A DNA stretch of 64,000 nt from Spirochaetaceae bacterium (GTDB lineage: Bacteria; Spirochaetota; Spirochaetia; DSM-2461). Below are positions 27,318-37,079 of the stretch, in pieces (positions within the stretch are counted from its first letter, which is position 1; every line of letters begins with the position of its first letter). Made by a program: the position numbers and the translations under genes. Location of the stretch: NCBI GenBank assembly GCA_051531975.1, contig JAOPTT010000001.1, positions 96,001-160,000 on the forward strand, read 5' to 3'. The notes under the pieces are model-generated. The model ran no database searches and was not told the origin of the DNA. It saw only the letters and a list, made by a program, of their open reading frames with translations.

Positions 27318-28826
27318 CTATTTTTTTGCCCAGCCTTGCAAAAAATAGGGATCATTAGGGTTATACTGGGGCCATTTCCGCTTCTCATAACAACTCTTTT
27401 TGGTTCTTTCAACAGATCCAAGATATGAAGATACAGCTCTCCATTCCAGATATTCAAGTTTTAGTGTTTTGATCTCTTCTTCATAAGATTTATTATCATA
27501 TAAGTTATTAAACTCGTTTGGGTCTTTCTCTATATCATAATATTCCCCGTATTCTTGTCCAGCATAATGTATCATACGTCTAGTCTCTGTTCTAACCATT
27601 GTCAGATAATTATCCTGGCAGTAGACTTTATCTGGAGCTAAAGTTTGATCCCCACATGTTAGACGCTTAAGGTTTGATTTCCCATCAAAATAGTCAGGAA
27701 CTTCTATCTGGGCAAAGTCGAGAATTGTCGGCCCAATATCCATCTGAGTAAATAGCTTATCATCAATACAACCCCCACGGTGTTTTTCAGGTAGGCGGAT
27801 AACCATTGGTACTCGAGTTGTCTGTTCAGTCATAAGCCATTTATATATTAGTTGATGATCCCCAAGATTTTCCCCATGATCACTTGTTAATACAATAATC
27901 GTATTATTTAACATATTTCTCTCTTTTAGTGATTCCATGATCTTGCCTATTTGTTCATCAATAAACGTTATTTTTGCATAATAATGTTTTCTCCATCGTT
28001 TTATATCATCATCTGTTTTGTCCCCTAAATACATGTTTCCAACACCGTATTGAGGTGCAACAGAGTAATCACTATTGTTTTTGTAAAAACGTTCCATAAA
28101 ACGCTTATACTGTTTAGGTTTATCGTCTAATCCGTTTTTCTTGTATACAGGACCTGGAACTTCAATACTGTTGTACATATCGAGTACTCGCCCAGGAGGA
28201 TCAAATGGATCATGGGGACCATGAAATCCTACATGAAGGAAAAATGGTTTATCTTCTTTATAGTCCTGAATCCATCTTGTAGCCATTTGTCCAATAAAGT
28301 GGTCAACATGATACTTTTCTTCTAACTTAAATGTATCACTGGCACACTTCGTAGACCATAAACCATCCTTTGTAAGCTCCTTAAAAGGGTGAGGTTGCCC
28401 TTCAGCTTTCAGATAGTTTGAATAGTCATCCCAATCTGTCATCATTGGAAAATTCTCTGCATTAATTTTGTCATGAAAAGCCATTTTTGCTGATTCATCA
28501 GGGTGATGATGTGTCTTACCAATTCCTGCCAAGTGGTAATTATTATCTTTTAAATTATCTAACCATGTTCTAATATGGGTCCATTGGTCAAAATGATAAA
28601 CACCAGTGTTATGTGCAAACAGACCGGTATAAAAAGCAGCTCTGGAAGCGACACATGTGGCTCCACAGCAAAATGCTTTTGTAAAAGATACACCTTCATT
28701 AACAATCTTATCCATATTAGGGGTTATTACATAGGAATAACCAAGAGCATTAATTGTATCATGTCTCTGCTGGTCAGTTTTTATTATTACGATATTTGGT
28801 CTATTCACTGCTCCTGTACTTACCAA
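27318..28826 (-). CDS. Cys-type S1 sulfatase with CxAxR variant motif
   Basis: RPNIVIIKTDQQR, TCVASRAAFYTG, GKTH, GPHDP, TSDHGENLG. Confidence 0.9.
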   Translation of the reverse strand: MVSTGAVNRPNIVIIKTDQQRHDTINALGYSYVITPNMDKIVNEGVSFTKAFCCGATCVASRAAFYTGLFAHNTGVYHFDQWTHIRTWLDNLKDNNYHLAGIGKTHHHPDESAKMAFHDKINAENFPMMTDWDDYSNYLKAEGQPHPFKELTKDGLWSTKCASDTFKLEEKYHVDHFIGQMATRWIQDYKEDKPFFLHVGFHGPHDPFDPPGRVLDMYNSIEVPGPVYKKNGLDDKPKQYKRFMERFYKNNSDYSVAPQYGVGNMYLGDKTDDDIKRWRKHYYAKITFIDEQIGKIMESLKERNMLNNTIIVLTSDHGENLGDHQLIYKWLMTEQTTRVPMVIRLPEKHRGGCIDDKLFTQMDIGPTILDFAQIEVPDYFDGKSNLKRLTCGDQTLAPDKVYCQDNYLTMVRTETRRMIHYAGQEYGEYYDIEKDPNEFNNLYDNKSYEEEIKTLKLEYLEWRAVSSYLGSVERTKKSCYEKRKWPQYNPNDPYFLQGWAKK

Positions 28827-29962
28827 AACAGTTCCTGCTGACCTTTTAGTCGCATTATTGCTTCCACAAAAAAGTAATCACCATAAATAATTGGAGTGTC
28901 ATTTGGATAAAAAGTTGATTTATGATGATAAGACTGTGTTCCGTGCAATAACAATCCCTCTTCATTATCTCCCCATGAACCAACTTCCTGGTCTAGAGCT
29001 TTAAGGATTTTGATCGCTGAACTGCTGTAAAGGACTTTTTCATCTTCTGGTACACTAGCTGCTATCTCCAGTAATCCTGCAGCAATTATAGCTCCGGCAC
29101 TACTATCTTTGTCATTCCCAGCGAGTATAGGGGATCTAAAATCAACTCTTGGAATCCAATCATCACAGATACTGGCAATTACATAATGAGCTGATCGTTT
29201 AGCAGCATCTAGATACCGAACTTCACCTGTGTATCGATAACTAAGGGCAAACCCATAAACAGCCCAAGCCTGTCCTCTAGACCAAGATGAACTAGGAGAA
29301 AAACCCTGGCCATTTTCAACTTTAACAAACTCTCCTGTTTCTTGGTTAAATGAAATTATATGGTTTACTGAACCATCTGGACGCTGAACATAATTTATTG
29401 CAGTATCTGCGTGTGCCATAGCAATATCTCTAAACCTGGAATCTTTAGATTGTTCAGATGCCCAATAGAGTAGAGGTAAGTTCATTAAACAATCGACTAT
29501 TACCCATCCATTATGATCCCCATTCCAGGCTCTAATATAGTTACCCTTTAAATGGAACCGTGAAGCCAATACACTTGCTGCGAGCATACCTCTTCGCCTT
29601 GACTGTTCATTTCCTCTGATTTTATAGGATGCAATACTGGAAAGTGACCATAAAAAGCCTACATCATGGTGTAACCCATCATACTCTGCAAATGCAGCAT
29701 CTAACTGCTCCTCACAAGATTCTGCAGTCTCACGGTAGTACTCATTATCTGTATTCCTGTACATTTGCCATAAAATACCTGACCAAAAAGAATTCGTCCA
29801 CCATGCTGGAGTGAACTCTCTGGCATTATAGCCTTGGTACTTCCCATTTACTGAAACAAAGGGAAAAGTATTTCCAATAGACCGACTTGTCCATTCAATT
29901 TTTTTTTCTATACGGCTGCAGACATCATCTAGCCAGTTATTATCTCCATGATTTAATTTCAT
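28820..29962 (-). CDS. GH88 unsaturated glucuronyl hydrolase (second, divergent copy)
   Basis: WWTNSFWSG, HHDVGFLW, IVDCLMNLPLL, WSRGQAW, DSSAGAI, YGDYFFVEA. Confidence 0.93.
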   Translation of the reverse strand: MKLNHGDNNWLDDVCSRIEKKIEWTSRSIGNTFPFVSVNGKYQGYNAREFTPAWWTNSFWSGILWQMYRNTDNEYYRETAESCEEQLDAAFAEYDGLHHDVGFLWSLSSIASYKIRGNEQSRRRGMLAASVLASRFHLKGNYIRAWNGDHNGWVIVDCLMNLPLLYWASEQSKDSRFRDIAMAHADTAINYVQRPDGSVNHIISFNQETGEFVKVENGQGFSPSSSWSRGQAWAVYGFALSYRYTGEVRYLDAAKRSAHYVIASICDDWIPRVDFRSPILAGNDKDSSAGAIIAAGLLEIAASVPEDEKVLYSSSAIKILKALDQEVGSWGDNEEGLLLHGTQSYHHKSTFYPNDTPIIYGDYFFVEAIMRLKGQQELFW

Positions 29963-30007
29963 TTTAATTCTCCTTGATTTATATAATGATTAAAATCATT
30001 TATCTAT

Positions 30008-31414
30008 TTATTGGTAACCTGCATTAACATAATTGGAATTACAATTGTCACCAAATCCCAATTCTGCTCTTCGTTGTCTGAACTGTTTAACATACTTAAT
30101 ATAATTTTTATCACTTATATAATTAATTAACTCATCAGGATCATTATGCAAATCAAATAGAACCTCTTCACCATCTTCACCATAAAATTGATATTTTAAG
30201 TTATCTCTCTTAATCATTAGATGTTTATTGTTCATGGTTGATATAGACTCGTTATTCCAATCTTTATTATTCCCATTCATAAGAGGTACCAAACTTCTAC
30301 TATCCAAACCTTCTGGTATTGGAATTTCACATAAATCACAAATCGTTGCATATAGATCACATAAATTCACATTCTCGTTTACTACACGTTTGGAAAAATT
30401 TTTAGGCCAAGAAATAATTAATGGAACTTTTACACTACCTTCAAAAAAGCGAGCTTTTTCCCAAATAGAGTGTTCACCTAACATCTCTCCATGATCAGTA
30501 GTTAAAATAATTATCCAATCATCAAGATTCTCTCCCACATGTTCTATTGTTTCCATAATATCGCCAAATCTTATATCACATTGTTCAATATTTGCATAAT
30601 AAGCTGCTGTTGCTCTTTGCATTTCTCGGTTTGTAACATCATCTCCAACTAAGACCGGTTTGTTATTCCGAGAGCATGTACCAAGAACAGGGTGATCAAA
30701 TGGCTTTTGATTCAGGTAAACTGGAACCCTGTTAAGATAGTATTCAAATTTTTCCTTGTCAGCAAAATATGGGTAGTGAGGGGCATTAAAACCCACATAT
30801 AAAACATGGGGTAAAAAGGACTCATCTTTGTCATACTCTGAACCAAGAAAATACTCGTTGACCATATTTTTTGCGCCTATTGTCGTATAATCATCCCATA
30901 CATTAGTAAATGGACCATCTCCGATACCAGCACGTTTAATCTCTTTTATTGGATCCCAAGCTGGATCTCTAAATTTATGGGGAATATATTTATCTAGCTC
31001 TTCCTGAATCAACCCAGGGATATGCTGTTTCCCCCTTATTGGAGATTGCATATGATCTGAACCAATTCTTCTAAGCCATCCCTGCCTATCATCTATACCC
31101 ATATGGTGTAATTTACCACACGCAGTTGTCATATATGCATATTGTGATAAAAGTGATGCCCAGGTAGGATATCCGGGTGTTAAATCATCGCCATACTTAT
31201 GAACTTTACAAGTTTTTGTTAGTTGACCTGCAGCCAAACATTGTCTAGCCGGAATACAAGCAGGGGATGGGGAATAAACATTTGTAAAAACAACACCATT
31301 TTCTGCGATTCTATCCATAACTGGAGTTCTGATTATTTCATTCCCACTAAAACCATTAACATCAAATCTCTGTTCATCGGTCATTAAAAACAGAATATTC
31401 GGTTTTTTCTTCAT
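30008..31414 (-). CDS. Cys-type S1 sulfatase (choline-sulfatase-like clade)
   Basis: KPNILFLMTDEQR, CIPARQCLAAG, GKLH, APHYPY, TTDHGEMLGEH. Confidence 0.92.
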   Translation of the reverse strand: MKKKPNILFLMTDEQRFDVNGFSGNEIIRTPVMDRIAENGVVFTNVYSPSPACIPARQCLAAGQLTKTCKVHKYGDDLTPGYPTWASLLSQYAYMTTACGKLHHMGIDDRQGWLRRIGSDHMQSPIRGKQHIPGLIQEELDKYIPHKFRDPAWDPIKEIKRAGIGDGPFTNVWDDYTTIGAKNMVNEYFLGSEYDKDESFLPHVLYVGFNAPHYPYFADKEKFEYYLNRVPVYLNQKPFDHPVLGTCSRNNKPVLVGDDVTNREMQRATAAYYANIEQCDIRFGDIMETIEHVGENLDDWIIILTTDHGEMLGEHSIWEKARFFEGSVKVPLIISWPKNFSKRVVNENVNLCDLYATICDLCEIPIPEGLDSRSLVPLMNGNNKDWNNESISTMNNKHLMIKRDNLKYQFYGEDGEEVLFDLHNDPDELINYISDKNYIKYVKQFRQRRAELGFGDNCNSNYVNAGYQ

Positions 31415-31442
31415 AATAATTACAGCCTTTTTATATCCCTAA

Positions 31443-31470
31443 CTAATAAGGAGCCAATGCTCCTTATTAG
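31443..31470 (-). terminator. Perfect 12-bp stem-loop after the SBP gene (terminator or stabiliser)
   Basis: CTAATAAGGAGC-CAAT-GCTCCTTATTAG. Confidence 0.7.
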
Positions 31471-31481
31471 ATAATTAATTT

Positions 31482-33044
31482 TTATTTACCAATAAAAGCT
31501 TGATATGCTTCTTGGTTAATTTCAGTCGCCTTATCAATATTTTTCGATCTGATGTTTTTAACATACTCAGGATATTCAGCATCGAATGTTTCTAGTCCTT
31601 TTAACATCCATGTCTGTATTTTCTCTAAAGTATAGTTTGAAACTTGTGACATGATCTTAGTATATTCCTTCTCTTGTTCAGGTGTATATTTTAATAATAG
31701 TGCACCCTCACCACCAAGAGGAACTTCTCTTTTAACATATCCACCATCGATATACATCTTCATACCTTCTCCGGCAATGTCAGTTAACCATGCTTTCTCG
31801 TATGCAAAATCCTGTACCATACCGATTCTATATTGAACTCCGTAACCTCTTAATGAAGCTATTGCAGTTTTATCAGACTTCATAATTTTATCAGTATAAA
31901 CAGGTGCACCATTTTCTAAAGTATATGTTTCACCTTCGATACCATAGTTTATTAATTTATGTCCCTCTGGAGTAAAGTAAAAATTGAAGTATTTAATTAA
32001 AGTTTCTGGATCTTTACAAGATGTAGAGATACCCCAACCTGGTACATGACTTCTAGCTGATTTTTCAACTCTATCCCCATTTTGATTTATTACAGGAATC
32101 ATTGGCATAAACTCAAAGCCATCTATTTTATCTGCTAATTTAGTATTGTAATTTGCTGTACTTCCAAACCAGTCATGGGTAAATCCACCAAGATCTTGGC
32201 CTAATAGTACGTCTCTTGCTGCACCACCTCTTGTAAATATCTCAGGATCGATAAGTCCTTCTTCATACCATTTAACAAGTGTTCTTATTGCAAACTCAAA
32301 CTCTTCTTCTAATGGACCATAAACTATTTTACCATTTTTAAGTGTAAAATCAGTTGATGCGTCAAACATTCCTACAAGATCCCATATTTGTCCGTTTCTT
32401 TTAAAGAATGGAACTTCATCTGCTAACCCATTACCATTAGGATCTTTGGTTTTAAATGCTGTTAAAGCTTCATACAGATCATCTAAGGTTTGTGGAACCT
32501 CAAGGTTCAATTTTTTTAACCAGTCAGTTCTTATGTAATGCCCTCTAGCAACTTCAACTTCCATAAATTTAGGAATAAAGTAGATATTACCATCTAAAGC
32601 AGTAGCTGCAGCTTTATAGTCAGCATGTTCATCTAATAATTTCTGAAGATCAGGAGCATGCTCTTTAATCAGATCATTTAATGGTATTAAACCACCATCT
32701 CTTCCAAGAGATTCAAGTTTTGATGCATCAAGGTAACCAATTGCATCAGGTAGATCCCCAGATGTTAACATTAGGTTAAAAGCAGAAGCTTCATCTGATG
32801 AACTTTGAGATGCGACACCTTTTAGGCTAACATTTGTTATTTTGGCTGCTTCTTGGAATACTGGCCACTCGGAATTATACGGCATGTTGTTAAAAATGTT
32901 AAAATAAGTAAACTCTACAGGTTTTGCACTTAACATATTACCTGTTAATGGGGTCTCATTCACTTCTTTAACTTCTTTGTTACCATTTGCAAATAGACTA
33001 AAACTTATTGCAAACATAGATAAGATTACTAAAATCTTCTTCAT
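31482..33044 (-). CDS. Family-1 sugar-binding protein (AlgQ/LplA-like)
   Basis: Signal peptide FANGNKE; FTYFNIFNNMPYNSEWPVF; same motifs as 25637-27214. Confidence 0.92.
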   Translation of the reverse strand: MKKILVILSMFAISFSLFANGNKEVKEVNETPLTGNMLSAKPVEFTYFNIFNNMPYNSEWPVFQEAAKITNVSLKGVASQSSSDEASAFNLMLTSGDLPDAIGYLDASKLESLGRDGGLIPLNDLIKEHAPDLQKLLDEHADYKAAATALDGNIYFIPKFMEVEVARGHYIRTDWLKKLNLEVPQTLDDLYEALTAFKTKDPNGNGLADEVPFFKRNGQIWDLVGMFDASTDFTLKNGKIVYGPLEEEFEFAIRTLVKWYEEGLIDPEIFTRGGAARDVLLGQDLGGFTHDWFGSTANYNTKLADKIDGFEFMPMIPVINQNGDRVEKSARSHVPGWGISTSCKDPETLIKYFNFYFTPEGHKLINYGIEGETYTLENGAPVYTDKIMKSDKTAIASLRGYGVQYRIGMVQDFAYEKAWLTDIAGEGMKMYIDGGYVKREVPLGGEGALLLKYTPEQEKEYTKIMSQVSNYTLEKIQTWMLKGLETFDAEYPEYVKNIRSKNIDKATEINQEAYQAFIGK

Positions 33045-33095
33045 TAATTTCTCCTTTTCTTCCGGACTCCCGGAAATTACTATTTATATAATTGT

Positions 33096-33983
33096 TTACC
33101 CTTTAATAGACCCAATCATAGCTCCCTTTTTAAAGAACTTTTGGATATATGGATAAATAATTAACATTGGAAGTACAGCAATTATTATTACTGCATATAT
33201 AACCGTAAGTGGTGAACTTAATGAGTCTGCTGTTATTAAAGAAGCCTCATTTGCACCTGCTACCCTATCTACAATTAGCTTTTTAAGAAGAACCTGTAGA
33301 GGGATTTTAGAATCATCCTGTAACAATATCATTGACCAGAAGTACCCATTCCATCTTGATACAGCATAAAACATACCCACTGTAGCAAGTGCTGGTTTAG
33401 ACAATGGCAGATAAATCCTGTAAAATATCTGAAAACTATTTGCTCCATCAATTATTGAAGCCTCTTCTAAAGATCTTGGTACTGATTCAAAGAAAGTCTT
33501 CATAATTAGTAGGTTGTATGTATTTATTGCAAATACAAGTAGGACACCTGATCTTGAATTCATAAGATGAAGGTTTGCGACATTAAGATAAAATGGAATT
33601 GTTCCAGCTTTAAACCATAAAGTAACAACAACCATAATCATAAAAAACTTTTTAAATACAAGTCTCTCTTTAGATAATACATAGGCACCTGTTGTGGTAA
33701 AAAACATATTTACAAGTGTTCCAACAAATGTGTAATAAAACGTATTACCATAAGCTACCCACAGACCATCTATAGCCAATGCCTTTTTAAAAGATTCTAG
33801 GTTAAATCCTACAGGAAATATTGTTAGTTCTCCTGAAATTAAGGCATAAGGTTTACTAACTGCTGCAATAATAATGTAATAAAGTGGATACAGAACTATT
33901 AGAGTAATTAAGATGCATAATATAGCATTTAAAATATTAAATGTTCTCTCTCCAGCTGATTCTCTAACTAATTTTTTCTTCAT
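33096..33983 (-). CDS. Carbohydrate ABC permease (LplC/YcjP-like)
   Basis: EAA loop SLEEASIIDGAN; YPYIQKFFKKGAMIGSIKG. Confidence 0.93.
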   Translation of the reverse strand: MKKKLVRESAGERTFNILNAILCILITLIVLYPLYYIIIAAVSKPYALISGELTIFPVGFNLESFKKALAIDGLWVAYGNTFYYTFVGTLVNMFFTTTGAYVLSKERLVFKKFFMIMVVVTLWFKAGTIPFYLNVANLHLMNSRSGVLLVFAINTYNLLIMKTFFESVPRSLEEASIIDGANSFQIFYRIYLPLSKPALATVGMFYAVSRWNGYFWSMILLQDDSKIPLQVLLKKLIVDRVAGANEASLITADSLSSPLTVIYAVIIIAVLPMLIIYPYIQKFFKKGAMIGSIKG

Positions 33984-33992
33984 TTCTCCCCC

Positions 33993-34925
33993 TTACAGTA
34001 GACTGCTATCAGTCAATTTTTTACTGATCTTATTTGAGAATAGAACTAGAGCCAGAGCTATAAATGCCTCAAAAAGTCCTGCGGCAGTTGCAACGCCAAA
34101 CTGTTGTTGTTGAATACCCATTCTATAAACGAAAGTACTTATTACGTCTGATGTTTCAAAAGTTGCAGGTTGGTAGAGAAGAATAATTGATTCAAAACCG
34201 ATATTTATCATTTTCCCAATATTAAGCACAAACATTATTACGATAGTTGGCATAATTGAAGGAATAGTAATATGTACCATCTGACTCCATTTACCAGCAC
34301 CATCAACTTTAGCTGCTTCATATAACTGCTGATCGATTCCTGCTAGGGCAGCAATATAGACTATTGCATTAAAACCTGTCTCTCTCCATACAATCATACT
34401 TGTATATATCTGACGAAAATATTCTGCCTTAACCATGAAATAAACAGACTCTCCACCAAGTTTTTTTATTAAAGTATTTACTATTCCAGAACTTGGGGAT
34501 AAAAAGTTTATAACCATTCCACATACAACAACAATGGATATAAAGTAGGGTAAAAATGATACTGTTTGAACTGTATTTTTAAGCCACTTATATTTTAATT
34601 CGTTTATCATAAGGGCTAATATTATTGATGCCGGGAAGGCAAAAACAATACGGTACCCTGTGATAAACAAAGTATTTTTTACAGTTCTAAAAAAATCATC
34701 GCTACCCATAAATTGTCTAAAATTTTCTAATCCTACCCATGTACTGCCACTCATCCCTTTAAAAACACTGTAATCCTGAAAAGCTATTAATAAGCCCCCC
34801 ATAGGTTTGTATGCAAAAAGGCAATACCATATAAGCATAGGCAGTAATAAAATATATAACGTCCAATCCTGCCTTATTGTTTTACCGTGAATTTGAAGAG
34901 ATTTTATAATCCCTTTTGTTTCCAT
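33993..34925 (-). CDS. Carbohydrate ABC permease (LplB-like)
   Basis: WVGLENF, FLPYFISIVV, LYEAAKVDGA, DVISTFVYR. Confidence 0.93.
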   Translation of the reverse strand: METKGIIKSLQIHGKTIRQDWTLYILLLPMLIWYCLFAYKPMGGLLIAFQDYSVFKGMSGSTWVGLENFRQFMGSDDFFRTVKNTLFITGYRIVFAFPASIILALMINELKYKWLKNTVQTVSFLPYFISIVVVCGMVINFLSPSSGIVNTLIKKLGGESVYFMVKAEYFRQIYTSMIVWRETGFNAIVYIAALAGIDQQLYEAAKVDGAGKWSQMVHITIPSIMPTIVIMFVLNIGKMINIGFESIILLYQPATFETSDVISTFVYRMGIQQQQFGVATAAGLFEAFIALALVLFSNKISKKLTDSSLL

Positions 34926-34975
34926 TCAATCCTCCATTTGTCTTTTCAACATTTGTAGATTAAACCCGGTACATC

Positions 34976-35067
34976 AAATCCGTATATTGTTAAGAAACAA
35001 CAGATGTGCAGTATTCATACAAAAAAGAGATCATTAAAAAATTTGCTATCATCATTTTTAAACAGAT
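34976..35067 (-). repeat. 92-bp conserved non-coding element, copy B
   Basis: Matches 18375-18466; lies upstream of the first gene of the GH88/sulfatase operon. Confidence 0.8.
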
Positions 35068-35352
35068 CATCAAATTTACTTTTTTACCTTTTTGAATATC
35101 ATTTTCATGTTAAAACCAACCTATATAATAGTTTCAGCATTTAAATATTTGTATAAGAGTTACTAAAGTGAGTATTCAATTGGGGAGCATAGAGTGATAA
35201 GAAGGTATAATTAAGTTTTGTAGAAAAAAATAAAGCTTTATTGTTTTTTAGAATATCAAAACCTATTAGGCTTCAATATCCTAAAATATTGAGATCAAAG
35301 ATACCTTCATTGGTTATTAGAGTTTCATCTTTAACGCAGGGAAAGCCAATAA

Positions 35353-36492
35353 CTATAACAAAGCATTATAAATCGACATAGTCAGTTCTTCTAGATTATC
35401 ACGCTCTTCTACGAGCTGTTTTACAAGAGTCAGCTGGGTTCTACTTCTAATAAGATTGTGTTTTGGATAGTGTGATTTAAAATATATATTACCCTCTAGA
35501 TAATCAGTTAAAAACCTTAATCCTACTTCATAGGTCATTAAAATTCCTCCAAAAACTAAAGATTTAACTTCCTCTACAGTTAAAAAGTTAACAGCTGTAG
35601 ACAGATAACCTCTAACTAGGGCTTCAAAAATATTCATTTGAAACTTAACCTTAGAAAGATCATTTTCATCTTCAGCACTAAAACAAGTAGAGGTTCTAAC
35701 TAGATCTCCAAAATCGTAGGCAGCAAGCCCAGGCATAGATGTATCTAAATCTATGATACATACACTTTCTCCACTTTTTACATCCAGGAGAACATTATTT
35801 AATTTAGTATCGTTATGGGTTACCCTTTCAGGTAGAATCCCACTTTCCACCCGTTTTGTAAAATATGTCACCCCAGATTCAAATGATAAAAAGAAATCTA
35901 TCTCATCTTTTACACTAGAGGCCAAAGATAGTGAATCTTCCTTCAATACTTTTTTAAAATGCTCAAAACGTTTTGGTGTATTGTGAAAGTCAGGTATAGT
36001 TTCAAATAACCTCTGCCCAGGTAGATCACTTAGAAGACTTTGATATGATCCAAAGGCTCTAGCAGCTTCAAAAGCCTGTATTTCAGTCTCAATAATATCG
36101 TACCCCAGAGCATCTTCTATAAAAAAATAACAACGCCAATAACCAGAATCATTTTTAACATAAGCCTTACCATCCCTGGATTGAACTAATGTTAATGCTT
36201 TTCTGCTAGCATCATCTACTAAAGATTCTTTTAGCTTCTTATTTTGATGTTTACAGATTCTTTCTATGTTAAACATTAACTCTTCAGGATTTTTGAATAC
36301 ATTATGATTTATCCATTGAAGCAGATAATTAATCTTGGTTCCTCCCTGGGAAACAGTAAGTTTATATGTATCATTTATATGACCTGTTCCATAGGGTTTT
36401 GCTGATATAAAATCACCATATATATTAAACTGATTGAAAACGGATCTTAATCCTAGCACAGTCTTTTCTTCTTTAGATTTTAATAATTCCAT
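35353..36492 (-). CDS. APH-fold sugar kinase, N-acetylhexosamine 1-kinase (NahK/MdsC)-like
   Basis: YGTGHINDTY, ETIPDFHNT, RVTHNDTKLNN, IDLDT.MPG, YDFGD, RFLTDYL. Confidence 0.82.
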   Translation of the reverse strand: MELLKSKEEKTVLGLRSVFNQFNIYGDFISAKPYGTGHINDTYKLTVSQGGTKINYLLQWINHNVFKNPEELMFNIERICKHQNKKLKESLVDDASRKALTLVQSRDGKAYVKNDSGYWRCYFFIEDALGYDIIETEIQAFEAARAFGSYQSLLSDLPGQRLFETIPDFHNTPKRFEHFKKVLKEDSLSLASSVKDEIDFFLSFESGVTYFTKRVESGILPERVTHNDTKLNNVLLDVKSGESVCIIDLDTSMPGLAAYDFGDLVRTSTCFSAEDENDLSKVKFQMNIFEALVRGYLSTAVNFLTVEEVKSLVFGGILMTYEVGLRFLTDYLEGNIYFKSHYPKHNLIRSRTQLTLVKQLVEERDNLEELTMSIYNALL

Positions 36493-36506
36493 CTCTTATT
36501 CCTTTT

Positions 36507-37079
36507 TTATATTTCCCTTAAAACTGCATTATCCAGGTGAGGCAGTGTTCTATGTTCTGAAGGGTTTAGATCTTTTCTTATTGCCTGAAGAATTTGCAGG
36601 CTATCTCCATGGGAAACCAGTATGATTGTTTTTCCATTATACATACTATCAAGTTCTCTAAAAAGATTTTTGAGTCTTTCTGCTACATGAGCCGGAGACT
36701 CTATAGCTAACTTTGTATAATCTCCATGCAATTTATCAATATCCCAGATTATTTGATACTTGTCATCCCCCAAACCTTCTAATTCACCAAAAAATCTTTC
36801 ACGTAGATTATGTTTATATAAAACGTCATCACAATTCCATGTGTCTTTAAGAATCTCTGCTGTTTCACTGGCTCTAAGAAAATCTGAAGAGCAGATGATG
36901 GTCTCCGAATTCCCAGGAAAAGAGGCACCTGCAATCTCAACCTGTTTTTTCCCTTTTTCTGTGAGTCCATATTTAACTAATCCAATATCAGGATTACTTA
37001 CAATTTTTCCAATTTCATTAGCTATACTATGGCCATGGCGAATAATAAAGTATCTATTAACCAACTGTTTCTCCCTCAC
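36507..37079 (-). CDS. Histidine phosphatase (phosphoglycerate mutase family)
   Basis: IRHG, SSDFLRA.ETA, LRERFFG, LVSHGD. Confidence 0.9.
   Translation of the reverse strand: MREKQLVNRYFIIRHGHSIANEIGKIVSNPDIGLVKYGLTEKGKKQVEIAGASFPGNSETIICSSDFLRASETAEILKDTWNCDDVLYKHNLRERFFGELEGLGDDKYQIIWDIDKLHGDYTKLAIESPAHVAERLKNLFRELDSMYNGKTIILVSHGDSLQILQAIRKDLNPSEHRTLPHLDNAVLREI

Noticed and set aside
35070..35350. Long intergenic region considered as a riboswitch or sRNA
   Set aside because: No known riboswitch consensus or strong stem recognised; it would need an Rfam search.
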